Assembly (NCBI RefSeq): GCF_018350175.1
Contig: NC_058379.1
Span: forward strand, 29,326,001-29,390,000
Length of the DNA stretch: 64,000 nucleotides
Source: Felis catus
Taxonomy: Eukaryota
Reading direction: 5' to 3'
Of this stretch, positions 49,201 to 61,787 are shown in pieces. The first letter of the stretch is position 1. Every line of letters starts with the position of its first letter. Below the pieces are notes generated by a model. That model was not told the DNA's origin. It worked only from the letters and a program-made list of their open reading frames with translations, and searched no databases. Position numbers and translations under genes: made by a program.

Positions 49201-51480
49201 AAATGTGGTCTATCCATATAATAGAATGTTGAAATAAGTGAGATAAGCCAGAACAAAAGGACAGGTTATTGTCTGGTTCCCATTACATGAAGTATCTAGA
49301 GTAGGCAGAATTCTAAAGACAAAGTAGGTGAGAAGTTACCAGGGCCTGGGAGAAGGAGATGAGTTGTTGCTTAATTGGTACAGTTTCTGTTTGGGATGAT
49401 GAAAAAGTCCTGGAGATAGATAATGATGATGGTCACCACAACACTGTGAATGTGTATAATGCCACTGAATGGTACACATAGAAATGGTTAAAATGGTAAA
49501 TTTTGTGCATATTTTACTACAATAAAAAAAAAGGAAAAACTCTAGCACCACTAAGCTGTCACCCCCAGTTCTTCTCTCCCCCATCCCGAGGCAACCACTA
49601 ACATTTCTCTGTGGATTTGCCTATTCTGGACATTTCATATAAATGAAACCATACAATAACATGGTCTCTGGTGACTGGCTGCTTTCACTTAGGATAACGT
49701 TTACAAGGTTCATCCATGTTCTAGCATGTGTCAGTTCTGAATTTCCTGNNNNNNNNNNNNNNNNNNNNNNNNNNNNNNNNNNNNNNNNNNNNNNNNNNNN
49801 NNNNNNNNNNNNNNNNNNNNNNNNNNNNNNNNNNNNNNNNNNNNNNNNNNNNNNNNNNNNNNNNNNNNNNNNNNNNNNNNNNNNNNNNNNNNNNNNNNNN
49901 NNNNNNNNNNNNNNNGATGAACCTATATTGACACTTCAGCGTCACCCAAAAGTCCATAGTTTATACTGGGGTTCCTTTTTGGTGGTGTACATTCTATGGG
50001 TTGACTTTTTTTTATGGTTGAACAATATTATTCCACTGTGTAGATATGCCACATTTTATCTGTCAGTCATCAGTTGATGGGCATTTGGGTTGTTTCCATT
50101 TTTGGCTCTTATGAATAATACTGTTGTGAACATTTCTGTGCAAGTTTCTGTGAGGACATAGTTTTCAGTTTTCTTGGGCACACTCTTTATAAATATTTTT
50201 TTTATTTTTGAGAAAGATAAGAGTGTGAGCAGTGGAGGCACAGAGAGAGAGGGAGAGTCTCACGCAGGCTCCGTGTAGAGTCCAAAGTGGGGCTTGAACT
50301 CACAAAACTGTGAGGTCATGACCTGAGCCGAAATCAAGAGTTAGACGTTTAACTGGCTGAGCCACCCAGGCACCCCTTCTTTGGTATAGTCTTAAAAGTG
50401 GAATTGCTGGGTCATATGGTAAATATATTTTGAAGGACTGCCAAAGACACAAGTCTGTTATCAGATGTAGGATCTGCAAAATATTTCCTCATATTATGTG
50501 GGTTATCTTCTCTCTTTCTCTGGTCTTTTTGGATCACCAAAGTTTAAGGTTAGTCTTTTGAGAGGCAGTTTGTCAAAATATCAGGAGCCATGGACGTTCT
50601 CATATTCTTTGCTCTGGTATTTTCAATTCTGGGAGAGTTTCAATTCAAGGAGATGATTAAGGGAAAGAAAAAAGCGACTGTGTACAAAAGTGTTTATGGC
50701 AGTGTAAAAGGAGAAAAAATGGAAACAGCTTAAATGTGCATTCACAGAATTATGGAATATTATGCAGACATAAAATTATGAACATGCTTAAACCTGATTA
50801 TGTAGATTTATGAATTATGTGTAAGTGGAAACAATAAGCTATCCAGTCAGATCATCCTACCTCCTGGTAGGATGGAAGAGTAGGAAGGTGACTGACTGCC
50901 GAGTGATGGAGAAGGGGTTGCCGGCAATCACTTGTGCAGTGTTGTTATGATGCAAAATGTAGAAGCAAGGCATTGTTGGCATCATCAGATCCTCACAGAA
51001 TTGTGGGGCCATGCACCAGGGCTGGACCATCATCAGAACTTAAACAGCTGCAGAATGGTCTGCTGCATGGTGTCCATGGTTCCTTTAGCCATTCTTTGAT
51101 GGATGTTTGATTGTTTCCAGGCTTTCATAATCACCAACATTGCTGTGATGAACAGCCTGGAACAAAACATCCATGGGAGAGCATTATGGAAGTAGAAATG
51201 TATTGAAGGCCATCCCACAGCCTTAAGTTTTGTCATGCGTACTTCTGATGGCTCTGTGTGCCGGTATCCCACCTCATGGACATGTGTTGGCTGTCTCCTG
51301 CACAGGACCTTGGCCTGTAGTGGCTCCCCCAACACCAAGGAGACACCATCCCCTCCTGTGAAGACTTCCATCTTCACCCCGCCTGTCTTGCTCAAGTTCC
51401 AGCCTGTGCCAAGACCCAAAGATGACTCTGAGAATGACCCTAGCAGCACGGAATCTGTGCCCCACAAGAGGGGTCCGTAA
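41760..51480 (+). CDS. Uncharacterised 326-aa protein (7 coding exons); probable miR-130b/301b host-gene product with a NEMP-like N-terminal motif
   Basis: Exons 41760-41981, 42180-42303, 44575-44789, 45238-45306, 45442-45512, 45760-45864 and 51306-51480. All introns are GT-AG with pyrimidine tracts; phases 0,1,0,0,2,2 join into a stop-free 981-nt ORF. Start context aggATGg; AATAAA at 51513-51518. The internal exon 3-5 boundaries are the least certain. Confidence 0.82.
42614..43443. mobile_element. Two Can-SINEs (about 42614-42820 +, 43246-43443 -)
   Basis: SINE bodies; the second has a (GT)n-expanded tail. Confidence 0.85.
43180..43245. repeat. (GT)n / (GTGTCT)n microsatellite
   Basis: Visible compound repeat. 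Confidence 0.9.
46290..50470. mobile_element. Nested L1 fragments and at least 7 Can-SINEs filling the last intron of the uncharacterised gene
   Basis: L1 3' signatures in both orientations (e.g. aaattgggcagaggacttgaatagacatttc at 48523; tgtgaatgtgtataatgccactgaatggtacac near 49445). SINEs near 47280, 47545, 47781, 47917, 48110, 48687 and 50190. Confidence 0.85.
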
Positions 51481-52949
51481 CCTCTTTCCTACAGACCACG
51501 GCTAGATCAATGAATAAAGTTCCCATGGAGGTGCCTTACTTGTGCTGGGCTCCCTAAAGGCTGTGCAGTCCCTTGGGCTTCGTCCTGCTGGAAGAGTTTG
51601 TCAGAATAGTGCAAGCCAGAGGCCCTTTAGTCTGAGCCTGCATACAGTAATTGTTCAGGTCAGTGCTACTGTGAAGTCCCCTTGCTTGTTCTCTAGCTTG
51701 GGAATGTAGCCATGGCACTTTGAAAGAGAAATGAGTGAGGAGACAGCACTGCCCTTCTCTACAGTGACTCTGTGGCTCCTTTGAGCTTCACTTGACCTCA
51801 CTGAATTGCAGTTCCATCATTTTTTCCTACACCTGGGCTCTAAACTCAAGCCTTATCTGGGTGCAGGTTTAGAAACAGTGATCTGTTCCCTCCCTGGAGG
51901 AAAATAAGCTGGCATGTTAGTTTCCAACTTGGCACCTCCCTAAGGAATTTCAGAGACGTGACTCTTGTTGTTGCTTTACACACCAGCCTTAGAGTCAAAC
52001 CTGCATCTGAGACATGAGCCCTCACAAAATGCGTAATGACTGCTGGACATTAGCACATACTTGTTGAACCCTTGTGTATGCTCCACACCTTGCTTGGGAC
52101 TGGAGATAATAAACCAAGCAGTTGGTGTCCCTGCTCTTAAGGAGCTTACATCCTATCCTCCTCTGTGTGTGTGTGTGTGTGACTGTATGTGTAACCAGTG
52201 CATCCAATTAATAGGGTTATAAATTGTGATAAGCCCTAAGGAAGCTGAGTTGGACATGTATGCAGTGGGTGGTCAGGGAAGATCTCTCTGAGGTGACATT
52301 TATGTTGAAACTTAGAAAAACATAAGGAGGCAGCTATGAAATGAGAAAGGGCAAGGACCACTGGCTCTGGGTGACTAGATAGCGGTACAGTTGTGGCAAG
52401 GGGAGCCTATGCGGAGGGGGAGGGAGGGTGGGGGGGGGGTGGAGAATTCTGTTTTGAGCACACATGTTAAATTTGAGATCAATGGTACCTAAAATAGAGG
52501 TCAGGAATCTGGAGTGCTGGCCATTTGATGATGTGAGTCAAGAGATATGAGTGGTATTTAAAGCCACAAGCCTGGGAAAGATCACCAGGTGCTTGTGTGT
52601 AGACGGAGGCCCGGGGCTTAGGCTGGGGCACACAAACATAGTGATCTGGCCGCGGGAAGGGTCCGTAAGAGAGATGAGTGAGGGCTTTGGACTCTCGGGC
52701 TTAATGGCTACTTGCCCCTAAGCCTCCCAGGAGAGGGCTGGAGGTGGTGGGGACTGAAAGGGAGAACGGGTAGACAGCGAATGTGGACGTAGGTTTGGAG
52801 ACGTCTGCCGTGGAAGGAAGCAGAGATGAGACAGAGGCTGGTGAGACTTAAGGTGGACTTTAAAAAAAATCTGAGAAACCAGGTCAAACCAGGGCAGGCT
52901 TGAGCGGGGGGATGGAAAGGAGAAAAGGTCTAGAGAGAGCCTTCTCTGT

Positions 52950-53560
52950 TCGCCCGAGGAAGTGGGGCTTCGAGGCCCCTCGGCCCCCAGCAGGAGGCAA
53001 ACCCTACCACAGACTGCCCAGGTGCCCAAGGACTGGGGTGCACCGACTGGGCATGCGCACTTGGCACCAGGCGCCACTGTTCGCTCATGCCCTGCGCCCA
53101 CTTCCGGGGCGGGTCTGCGGGGCCCGGAAGTCGTTAGGGAACTCGGCCGAGAATAAGGCTTCTAAATCGTTTGCTGTCGTTTTTCCTCACTCGCTGGTCC
53201 TGGCACTGCCACCGCTCCCGCCGCCATGGGGAAACGGCAGCATCAGAAGGACAAGATGTAAGTTGAACCGCAGCCGGAAGCGCGGCCCCGCTCGGCCTCA
53301 GTGCCCACCTGTCCCGCAGTCCGCGCCGCCCTTCTTCCCTCTCTCAGAGCTGGTTCCCAGAGCCACTTTTAAATGCCGTTTCGTCTCGGAAGCCTTTGTC
53401 TCCTCCAAGGCAGGGGAATTACCCCGACCGCCGAGGTCTCCCGGGTTTCTTGGTACTAACACCGTCAGTGCTTCTGAGCGCGGCCTTCCTACCGCGTCGG
53501 CGCCGTGCGAGCCCCGGCCCCTCGGCTCCTCGGCTCCTCGGCTCCTCGGCTTTTGCCCTG
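52950..53560 (+). promoter_or_regulatory. PPIL2 CpG-island promoter
   Basis: CpG-rich; NRF1 site GCATGCGCA near 53051; inverted pair of ETS sites (CTTCCGG near 53101, CCGGAAG near 53124). Confidence 0.75.
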
Positions 53561-56140
53561 GAACGCCCCATCTCCACTCTCGAATTCTGCCCCTAATCAG
53601 CCCCTCTTTCTCCTCCACCTCCAGTCTTCCTGTGTGCCGTTCATTGGCTTACACACATCCGGAATCTTCCATTTTAAAACAGACCAGCCTTGCCCCGTGC
53701 TCCTCTCCTGCCACCGTGGTTTTTTTTTTTTTTTTTTTTCTTCCGAACAAGGCGTCAAAGACCTGTGTCTACTTGCTGTTTTCTGCTGTTTCTTGAAACC
53801 GCTCCAGTCAGGCTTTTCTCCCCAGCACTATTCCTGTCAGGATCCTAGTAACTTCTCTGTTGCTAAATCTAGTGGTCAATTCCCAGTTCTCGTTTTGTTG
53901 GGCTTGTCAATAGCGTGTGACACGGTTGACCACCTTGCTCCCTCTGAGGCCCTTCTTTGATATCTGAGACCCCATAGGCCCTTTTCCATTTGTTTTCCAT
54001 CTGTCTCAATGGCCTCTCTCAGTCTCCTTTGCTGGGTCTTTCTCCCACTCTCTCAGACTTCATACGTCCATGTCCCCCACGTTTCTTCTCCCTTTACATT
54101 CTCCCTGGTCATCTCTCATCTTGCAGTGGTCAACTGCTTACTTGACATCTCCAGTTGGAGGTTTGATAGACATCTCACATTTACTTACAAAAATTTTTTT
54201 TAATGTTTTTATTTATTTTTAAGACAGTGAGAGAGAGAGAGAGAGAGAGACAGAGCACCAGTGGGGGAGGGGCAGAGAGAGAGGGAGTCACAGACTCTGA
54301 AGCAGGCTCCAGGCTCAGAGCTGTCAGCACAGAGCCCGATGTGGGACTCCAACTCACAAACCGGGAGAGATCGTGACCTGAGCTGAAGTCAGAGACTCAA
54401 ACGACTGAGCCACCTAGGTGTCCCGACATCTCACATTTAATATGTTCCCCCCTCATTTTCCCTATCTCAGTGGTCATACTGCTAATTAGTTTACACAGGT
54501 CAGAAGTCTGGGAGTTAGCCTTGGTGCCTCTTTCCTGAGGCTCTCTCCTCCCCCTGTTCATCAGTAAATCCTGTGGCTCATCCAGGAAGTAAATGTGGAA
54601 TAGGAAGGCACTCACTAATCCACCAAACCCCTCAGTAGGTGGAGTGTATTTCATCTCCTTTGACATTTTTATTTATTTATTTATTTTTTATTTAAAAAAT
54701 AAATTTTTTTTTAATGTTTATTTTTGAGACAGAGAGAGACAGAGCATGGACGGGGGAGGAGCAGAGAGCGAGGGAGACACAGAATTGGAAGCAGGCTCCA
54801 GGCTCTGAGCCATCAGCCCAGAGCCCGACGTGGGGCTCGAACTCATGGGCCGCGAGATCGTGACCTGGCTGAAGTCGGACGCTTAACCGACTGCGCCACC
54901 CAGGCGCCCCTATGCCCCTATTTTTTTATTTTTATTTTTATTAAAAAAAATTTTTTTGGGGGGCGCCTATGCCCCTATTTTTTTATTTTTATTTTTATTA
55001 AAAAAAATTTTTTTTGGGGGCGCCTGGGTGGCGCAGTCGGTTAAGCGTCCGACTTCAGCCAGGTCACGATCTCGCGGCCCATGAGTTCGAGCCCCACGTC
55101 GGGCTCTGGGCTGATGGCTCAGAGCCTGGAGCCTGCTTCCAATTCTGTGTCTCCCTCGCTCTCTGCTCCTCCCCCGTCCATGCTCTGTCTCTCTCTGTCT
55201 CAAAAATAAATAAAAAACATTGAAAAAAAAATTAAAAAAAAATTTTTTTTTAACGTTTATTTATTTTTGATACAGAGACAGAGCATGAACGTGGGGGGGG
55301 GGGTTGGTCAGAGAGAGAGGGAGACAGAGAATCTGAAACAGGCTTCAGGCTCTGAGCAGTCAGCACAGAGCCCGACACAGGGCTCAAACTCACGGACAGT
55401 GAAATTGTGACCTGAGCCGAAGTCGGACGCTTAACCGACTGAACCACCCAGGCACCCCTCCTTTGACATTTTTAGATGCCTCCTGATTGGTTTTCTGTTG
55501 CCTCTCTTGCTTGTCCCTCTATACACAGCTGCCAGAGTGATGCTTTGAGGACTTATGTTAGAGCATGTCAGGGCCCTACTCAGAACCCTCCAGCCGCTTT
55601 CCATACCGCTTAAAGTAGATCCACAGCCATCACACAGCTTGTGGGGCCCCTCGTGATCCAACTGCTAGCCTTCTTCACCTGCTGCCACATGCCCCCGTGC
55701 ACACTCTTCTTCAGTGACTTCACCCTTTTCTGAAGACACACCAGCTTTTTCTGTCAGGACGTTTATATGGGATAAGCTTGCTTGGTCCCTCTGCCTAGAA
55801 AGCTCTTCCTGCACATCTTCACATGGCTTGCTCCTTTGCATCATCAAGCCTTCTGTTAAATTCTGTTCATTTTCTTCAGAGCAGAGCAGGAATGTTTGTA
55901 TTTGCTTACTAGTTTGTGTATGTCTGTGTTGCATCTCACACACTATAGGTGTTTAATAAGCATTTGCTGAATGAGTGAAATGATTTAATCATCAGTTACT
56001 TCTAGAGATTGTCCTCTTTATAAAGGGAGGTGGTAATAAGATTCTCTGTCTCTTCTTCAGGTACATTACCTGTGCTGAATACACTCACTTCTATGGTGGC
56101 AAGAAACCAGGTAAGGCATGAAATCTTTCTGTTTTCCTTG

Positions 56141-56199
<59 letters not shown>

Positions 56200-57888
56200 T
56201 GGCGGGGCGGGGGGTGGGTGTTGTAATTAAGGGATGATGTTTTTACTACACAATGAGACTATAAAAATTAACAATGAACAAGAACACAAAGTGTAGCAGA
56301 CAAATGGGTTGAGGACACAGATGATTCACAAAAGAAGATGAAATAAAAAGAGCACATTCTCATAATTGTTGACCGGGGTAAAACCAGCACAGGATTCTTG
56401 GAAAGCAAAGCCAGGCCCCACAGCAAGGGTATTAGGATTATGGGAGAAACCCAACCCCAGCGGCTTACGCAAGTATGTCATTTTTTGTCTACGTTCTTTC
56501 TTGATGTATTCCATGTGTCCTACCTATTGAAAGGTTTTTAATCCACAGCAGTTTTTGCACTAGGTAATTCACATGAACTTTTTCTGATTTATTTATTTAA
56601 TTTATTAAAAAAAAAAAATTTTTTTTTCTCAACGTTTATTTATTTTTGGGACAGAGAGAGACAGAGCATGAATGGGGGAGGGGCAGAGAGAGAGGGAGAC
56701 ACAGAATCGGAAACAGGCTCCAGGCTCTGAGCCATCAGCCCAGAGCCTGATGCGGGGCTCGAACTCACGGACCGTGAGATCGTGACCTGGCTGAAGTCGG
56801 ACGCTTAACCGACTGCGCCACCCAGGCGCCCCGTAATTTTTTTTTAAAATATTTGTTTATTTTTGAGAAAGAGAGAGCACTAGTGGGGGAGGGGCAGAGA
56901 GAGAGGGAGACACGGAATTCGAAGCAGGTTCCAGGCTCCAAGCTGTCAACACAGAGCCCGATGTGGGGCTCAAACCCACGAACTTCGAGATTATGACCTG
57001 AGCTGAAGTCAGATGCTTAACTGACTGAGTCACCCAGGTGCCCCCACATGAACTTTTTCTTAACATGGAATTGAATTGTTGGTAGGAACACATACATGAA
57101 GTGTTTTACAGAATAAACTTTCCATCTTTTATTTTCATCTTAAACAGATATCCCACAAGCAAATTTTCGTCGCTTACCTTTTGATCACTGCAGGTAAGAG
57201 TTTTGAGTGTTTATCTTTCCCTCCTAGTTGTTTTCTGTTACTTAATGACATATTTTGACAGTGAATATGATTTTTGGGGATGCAGATGTGGGTTCTGTCT
57301 GTGTTCTCCTGTCTAGATCTTCCTTGAACTGAGAGAAGATGACCTAACAATGATAAGAACTAATATTTCTGCTCATTCGGTGTCTATGTATTTGCATTTT
57401 TTTTTTCTAGCCTCTTTCTTGCCTTCCAAGGTAGGTAGACTCTGTTGTTTAGCCTACTTTATAGGTGAGAGGATTAATGTTTAGAAGTGGGAAGTCCCTC
57501 ACCCATGTGTCACATCCAGGAAGTGATGCCATTGAGGCTTGGACCTGGTGGTCTGACTCCGGGCCCATGTCTTTCATGCTTTACTTTTGGTCCACAGTCT
57601 AAGCAGTAACAGCAGCAGCAACAGTCATGATACTGTGAACCCCTTCCCCCTTCCCTGCGAGCACAGGTTATTGGTGAGGATGAGGAGGGACCCAGCTGCA
57701 GAGCCACTCAGATGCTTCTTCCCACTGTGGTTGGTATGTGTATGAACAGGTGTGTCTGCTGGAGAAGTGGGGCTAAGATTAATGAACCCCAAGACATTGG
57801 GGCTTTGGGGATTGGGCAGGTCCAATGGTCCATTTGGGCCTGAGTTTCTCCAAGCTCAAGCTGTGATCATCCTTGCCCTGGACACATG

Positions 57889-57937
<49 letters not shown>

Positions 57938-60900
57938 ATTGGGCATGATGAGCTTAAGAACTGACAAAGCTCTACTAGTGATCCCAGCACCCTGATTGGG
58001 GCAGGTCAGCCAGACACCATAGGGCGAGAAGGGTGCAGGGAAGGCCAGGGATGCAGCCACTGGGTTGGCTCCAAGAGGCTCCCATGTAGCGCTGACTGAG
58101 GGCTTTTCCCTTCTCATAGCACTTGCTCAGGGAGGGTCAGCAAGTGAGACCCAGGCTTCATTGTTTGGATTTCTCCCCACCCCCACCAAGTTTTGTCATC
58201 ACCTTCATGGGAATGTGGTATCCTTCAGAGTGGGTATGAATGGATTTTATGGAAATATTTTGGTCCTTGGTTTCCAGTTCCTCCAAGAGGTCTCTCTAAG
58301 CTGTGTTTCATCTACTTTTTAACTACCTTGGGTTCTGGGTAAAAATGTGCTTTGAGAATATGCCCTTCAAGGCCCATTTGGGAGAAGATGAATGTGTAGT
58401 GTCTTGTCGTTTGGAGCTTGCTTTGGTGCTGGATCGTGTTCTCATCAGTCCCCTGCAGCACCAGGATCACCACTGGGTTAGAGCAGTAGGTTGGGCCAGA
58501 GGGGGAGGTGGTGAGGTTGCCCCATGGGAGCTTTCTGGGGCAGCATCTGGGGAGGTGATGCCATTGCCACCAGGCAGTCCAGGTCCAGAGGACTGGTCTG
58601 TGCCATCTGGGTGACCGAGGTGCAAACAAGCCAGGTCAACCAGGGCTCTTGATGGCTAGTGATGGAAACCTCATGCAAGAAAAAAGGGTATTGATATAAA
58701 GAAGCTCACCAGGTACTGTCTCCCCTCATCTGTGGGCTCTCCTTTTCCAAAGCCAACCCTCCTGAGGTGGCAAATGGCTTGTGGCAGTCTGGATCTCTGC
58801 ACACCCCTCTACCCCCATATCCATGTATTAGAACTTACCCAGGGCTCCTAGGGCATCGGCTGTTGCCTGAGTCATGTGCCTGTCCCTTGGAAATGTTGGG
58901 CAACTGTGTGCACACTCTGGTCAGGTGCAGGCAGGGCACCCCCAGATCACAATAGCTCCACAGAGTCTCTTGGGATGCGAGAGGGTAGTTTTCAGTAGAA
59001 AAGTATGGCCTGCCTGCTATGTGAGGTTTTGGGGAGTCCCAAACCCAATCCCCCAACCTCTTTGGGGCTTGAATGTGATCACGTGTGTGTTATATGACAC
59101 AGTAGAGAGTGTGGGGAGAACCAGGCTTTTGTCATTCCAGGGACCCTTGCCTTGTATTTATTGGTTTGTGTGGGGAGCTTCTGAGGGTCAGGGCTGTGGG
59201 GTCACCTCTGTACTGGCACCCAGCCCCGGCTGGGCAGAGGAGCACTGGTATTGTTGCAGGAATGAGGGAAGGAGGGAGGAGCAAAGGGAGAAGTCACGGA
59301 AATCACTGTATGACTTGGGAGTGACTCTGTCCTTTCTTAGTCTCTCTCTGCAGCCCTTCGTCTACCCAGTCTGCACCCCCGAAGGAGTCGTCTTTGACTT
59401 GCTGTGAGTTTGCCCTCAACTTTTGAGCTAACAAAAGGGGTGAGGTTGTTGACACCCACTCAGCAAGGGGGTATGGGACCAGCTGGAGGGTTTGTGTCTT
59501 CAGGCCGTGCCACACCAGGCCATACTGAAGTCTTGGCAACCTCGGGACCTGAGTGGGCCTCTTGGGGACCCAGGAGGGACTTCCAGGGCCTTAGGGATGA
59601 GACAGCAGTGCTGCTGTGACCCCTGGGCAGGCAACCTTGCTGGCAGATGCTGCTGTCCCTGCCTGGGGTGGCACTGACCTCTCTACACACATGGGGGGGG
59701 GGGGGGGACGGGGCTAGTGTTCTAATTGGCCTACCTATCCTGCTTTGGAATGTTAACAAACTGAGTACTTTCCACTTTATGAAAGTGGAGCCATAATTTA
59801 GGTACATACTTTCCCAGTGCTGTATTTTGAAGCATGTTGCTTAGTCTTTTTTTTTTTTTTTTTTAATGTTTATTTATTTTTTGAGAGAGAGACAGAGATT
59901 GAGAGCGCGCCAGCAGGAGAGGGGCAGAGAGAGAGAGGGACACTCAGAATCTGAAGCAGGCTGCAGGCTCTGAGCTTTCGGCACAGAGCCTGATGTGGGG
60001 CTCGAACCCACCAACCCTGAGATCATGACCTGAGCCAAAGTTGGACGCTTAGCTGACTGAGCCACTCAGGCACCCCAATGTTTAATTTTTCAGAGACAGA
60101 GACAGACAGAGGGCGAGCAGGGGAGGAGCAGAGAGAGAGGGAGACACAGAATCTGAAACAGGCTCCAGGCTCTGAGCTGTCAGGAGAGACCCAGATGTGG
60201 GGCTCAAACTCATGAACCATGAGAACATGATGCTTAAGGTCTTATGTTCCAACATAAACCAGCTTCTAAAACTTTCCTGTGTTTTAGTCTCCTTTTAGAA
60301 AATGTGGAAAATACTTGACGGTAAAAGGAAAAACTTACCGTAATCACACTGTCAAGGATAACCATTGTCAGTACTTTTCTGTGAGGTTATTTATGGCAAC
60401 ATGGTTGAGGTAATACTGCAAGGATAGTTCTGAATCCATTTTTCACTCAGTTGTGTCATTCAGAGTTCTCTGGAAGTACACTTTTGTGTTGTTGTTATTT
60501 TTATTTTTAAGAAAGAGACAGAGGACAAGCGGGGGAGGGGCCGAGAGTGAGGGAGACACAGAATTGAAGCAGGCTCGAACTCACAAGCTGTGATATCATG
60601 ACCTGAGCCCAAGTCAGAAGCTTAACCAACTGAGCCACCCAGGTGCCCCTGGAAGTATAATTTTTGATGCTGGCTCAGCACCTCATTGCACAGACGTATC
60701 AGCATTTATATATGTCTTTTTTTTTTGCTTGTTTATGTTGTTTATATGTAACCACAATAAAAACCCTGGACATGTGTTGAAACCAGAAACACTCCCTTGC
60801 TTCCTTGGTCAAGGCTGGATGCTCCTCTTCTTGGCTTCTGCTAGCAGAAGTGAAGTAGAGCAAAACCTGTTCGTAGCCCTCACCTGGACGCAGCCCTCCT

Positions 60901-61020
60901 AAGCTGTGGCCTCCTCACCAGCCTGCACCTGACTGCCTTACTGACACTGTCTCTTCTCTTCCCTTCAGTAACATCGTCCCTTGGCTTAAGAAGTATGGGA
61001 CCAACCCCAGCAATGGAGAG
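53226..61020 (+). CDS. PPIL2: Peptidylprolyl isomerase-like 2 (Cyp60, U-box E3), coding exons 1-5; continues beyond the window
   Basis: Exons 53226-53257, 56061-56110, 57148-57193, 59341-59403 and 60969-61020 give MGKRQHQKDKMYITCAEYTHFYGGKKPDIPQANFRRLPFDHCSLSLQPFVYPVCTPEGVVFDLLNIVPWLKKYGTNPSNGE. All introns are GT-AG. Confidence 0.97.
54195..55457. mobile_element. Can-SINE cluster in PPIL2 intron 1, including an exact inverted pair
   Basis: Copies at about 54195-54425 (-), 54700-54910 (-), 55017-55240 (+) and 55240-55457 (-). The last three sit inside the TSD ctcctttgacattttt. Confidence 0.9.
56146..56196. repeat. (GT)n microsatellite
   Basis: Perfect dinucleotide run just after PPIL2 exon 2. 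Confidence 0.95.
56585..57045 (-). mobile_element. Young SINE inserted in the tail of an older SINE
   Basis: The composite is flanked by cacatgaactttttct repeats (near 56570 and 57045). Confidence 0.85.
57890..57933. repeat. (GT)n microsatellite
   Basis: Perfect dinucleotide run. Confidence 0.95.
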
Positions 61021-61787
61021 GTAGGTGGCCGGGCAGGAGTTTAAGTGATGCCAGTGAATGCTATCCTCTTGTCTGACCTTTTGTTCTGTGGTTTTCATGT
61101 ACATGCAAGCGCAGTAGAGGACTGTTCACGAGGCATGGTGAGCGGGACTGTCCTCCTCCCCCTTCCTTACATTGTTTCTTTCCAGAAATGTTCCCTACGT
61201 GCACACGCATATGCATAAACGTACATCTTCCCATAAACGTACATCTTCTTTCCTTGGGCCATGGTTGTGATCACAGGCGCGAACTCCTCTGTACTTGCTC
61301 TCCCCCCTCCCCCACCCCTGCAGTGTGTTGAAGACCTGAACATGGGTGCATAGAGCCCTGCTGCGTCCTGTGGTGGCTGCATGCGTCCTCCTGTAGGGAG
61401 GACATGTGCTGCTGAAGCACATCTGAAGTCCCCTGCTGTTACTAACAGCAGATAGGGACTACCCTTGTGCACGTTTCTTTGGGCACACATGGGAGTGTCC
61501 TTCCAGGACGGCTGGGTCACAGGGTGGGAGTATTTTCAGTTTGGGTAGCTACTGGCAAATTGTCCTCCAGAGAAGTTGCAAACGCCTGTTTCTTCATACC
61601 CTCAACAACCATGGATATCATCAATTTTTTAAAAAATTTTTGTTGCCTCAGAGTGAAAACACTTTTTAACTTTTTTTTTTTTTAAGATTTTATTTTTATG
61701 TAATCTCTACACCCAGCGTGGGCTTCAAACCCACAACCCTAAGATCACGGGTTTCAGACTCTACTGACAGAGCCAGCCAGGTGCCCC
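59847..61787 (-). mobile_element. Can-SINEs (about 59847-60076, 60080-60230, 60500-60649, 61670-61787)
   Basis: SINE bodies with poly-T ends. Confidence 0.8.

Noticed and set aside
52900-53796. 298-aa ORF over the PPIL2 promoter
   Set aside because: Non-ATG start in a GC-rich island with few stops; out of frame with PPIL2 and without recognisable domain features.
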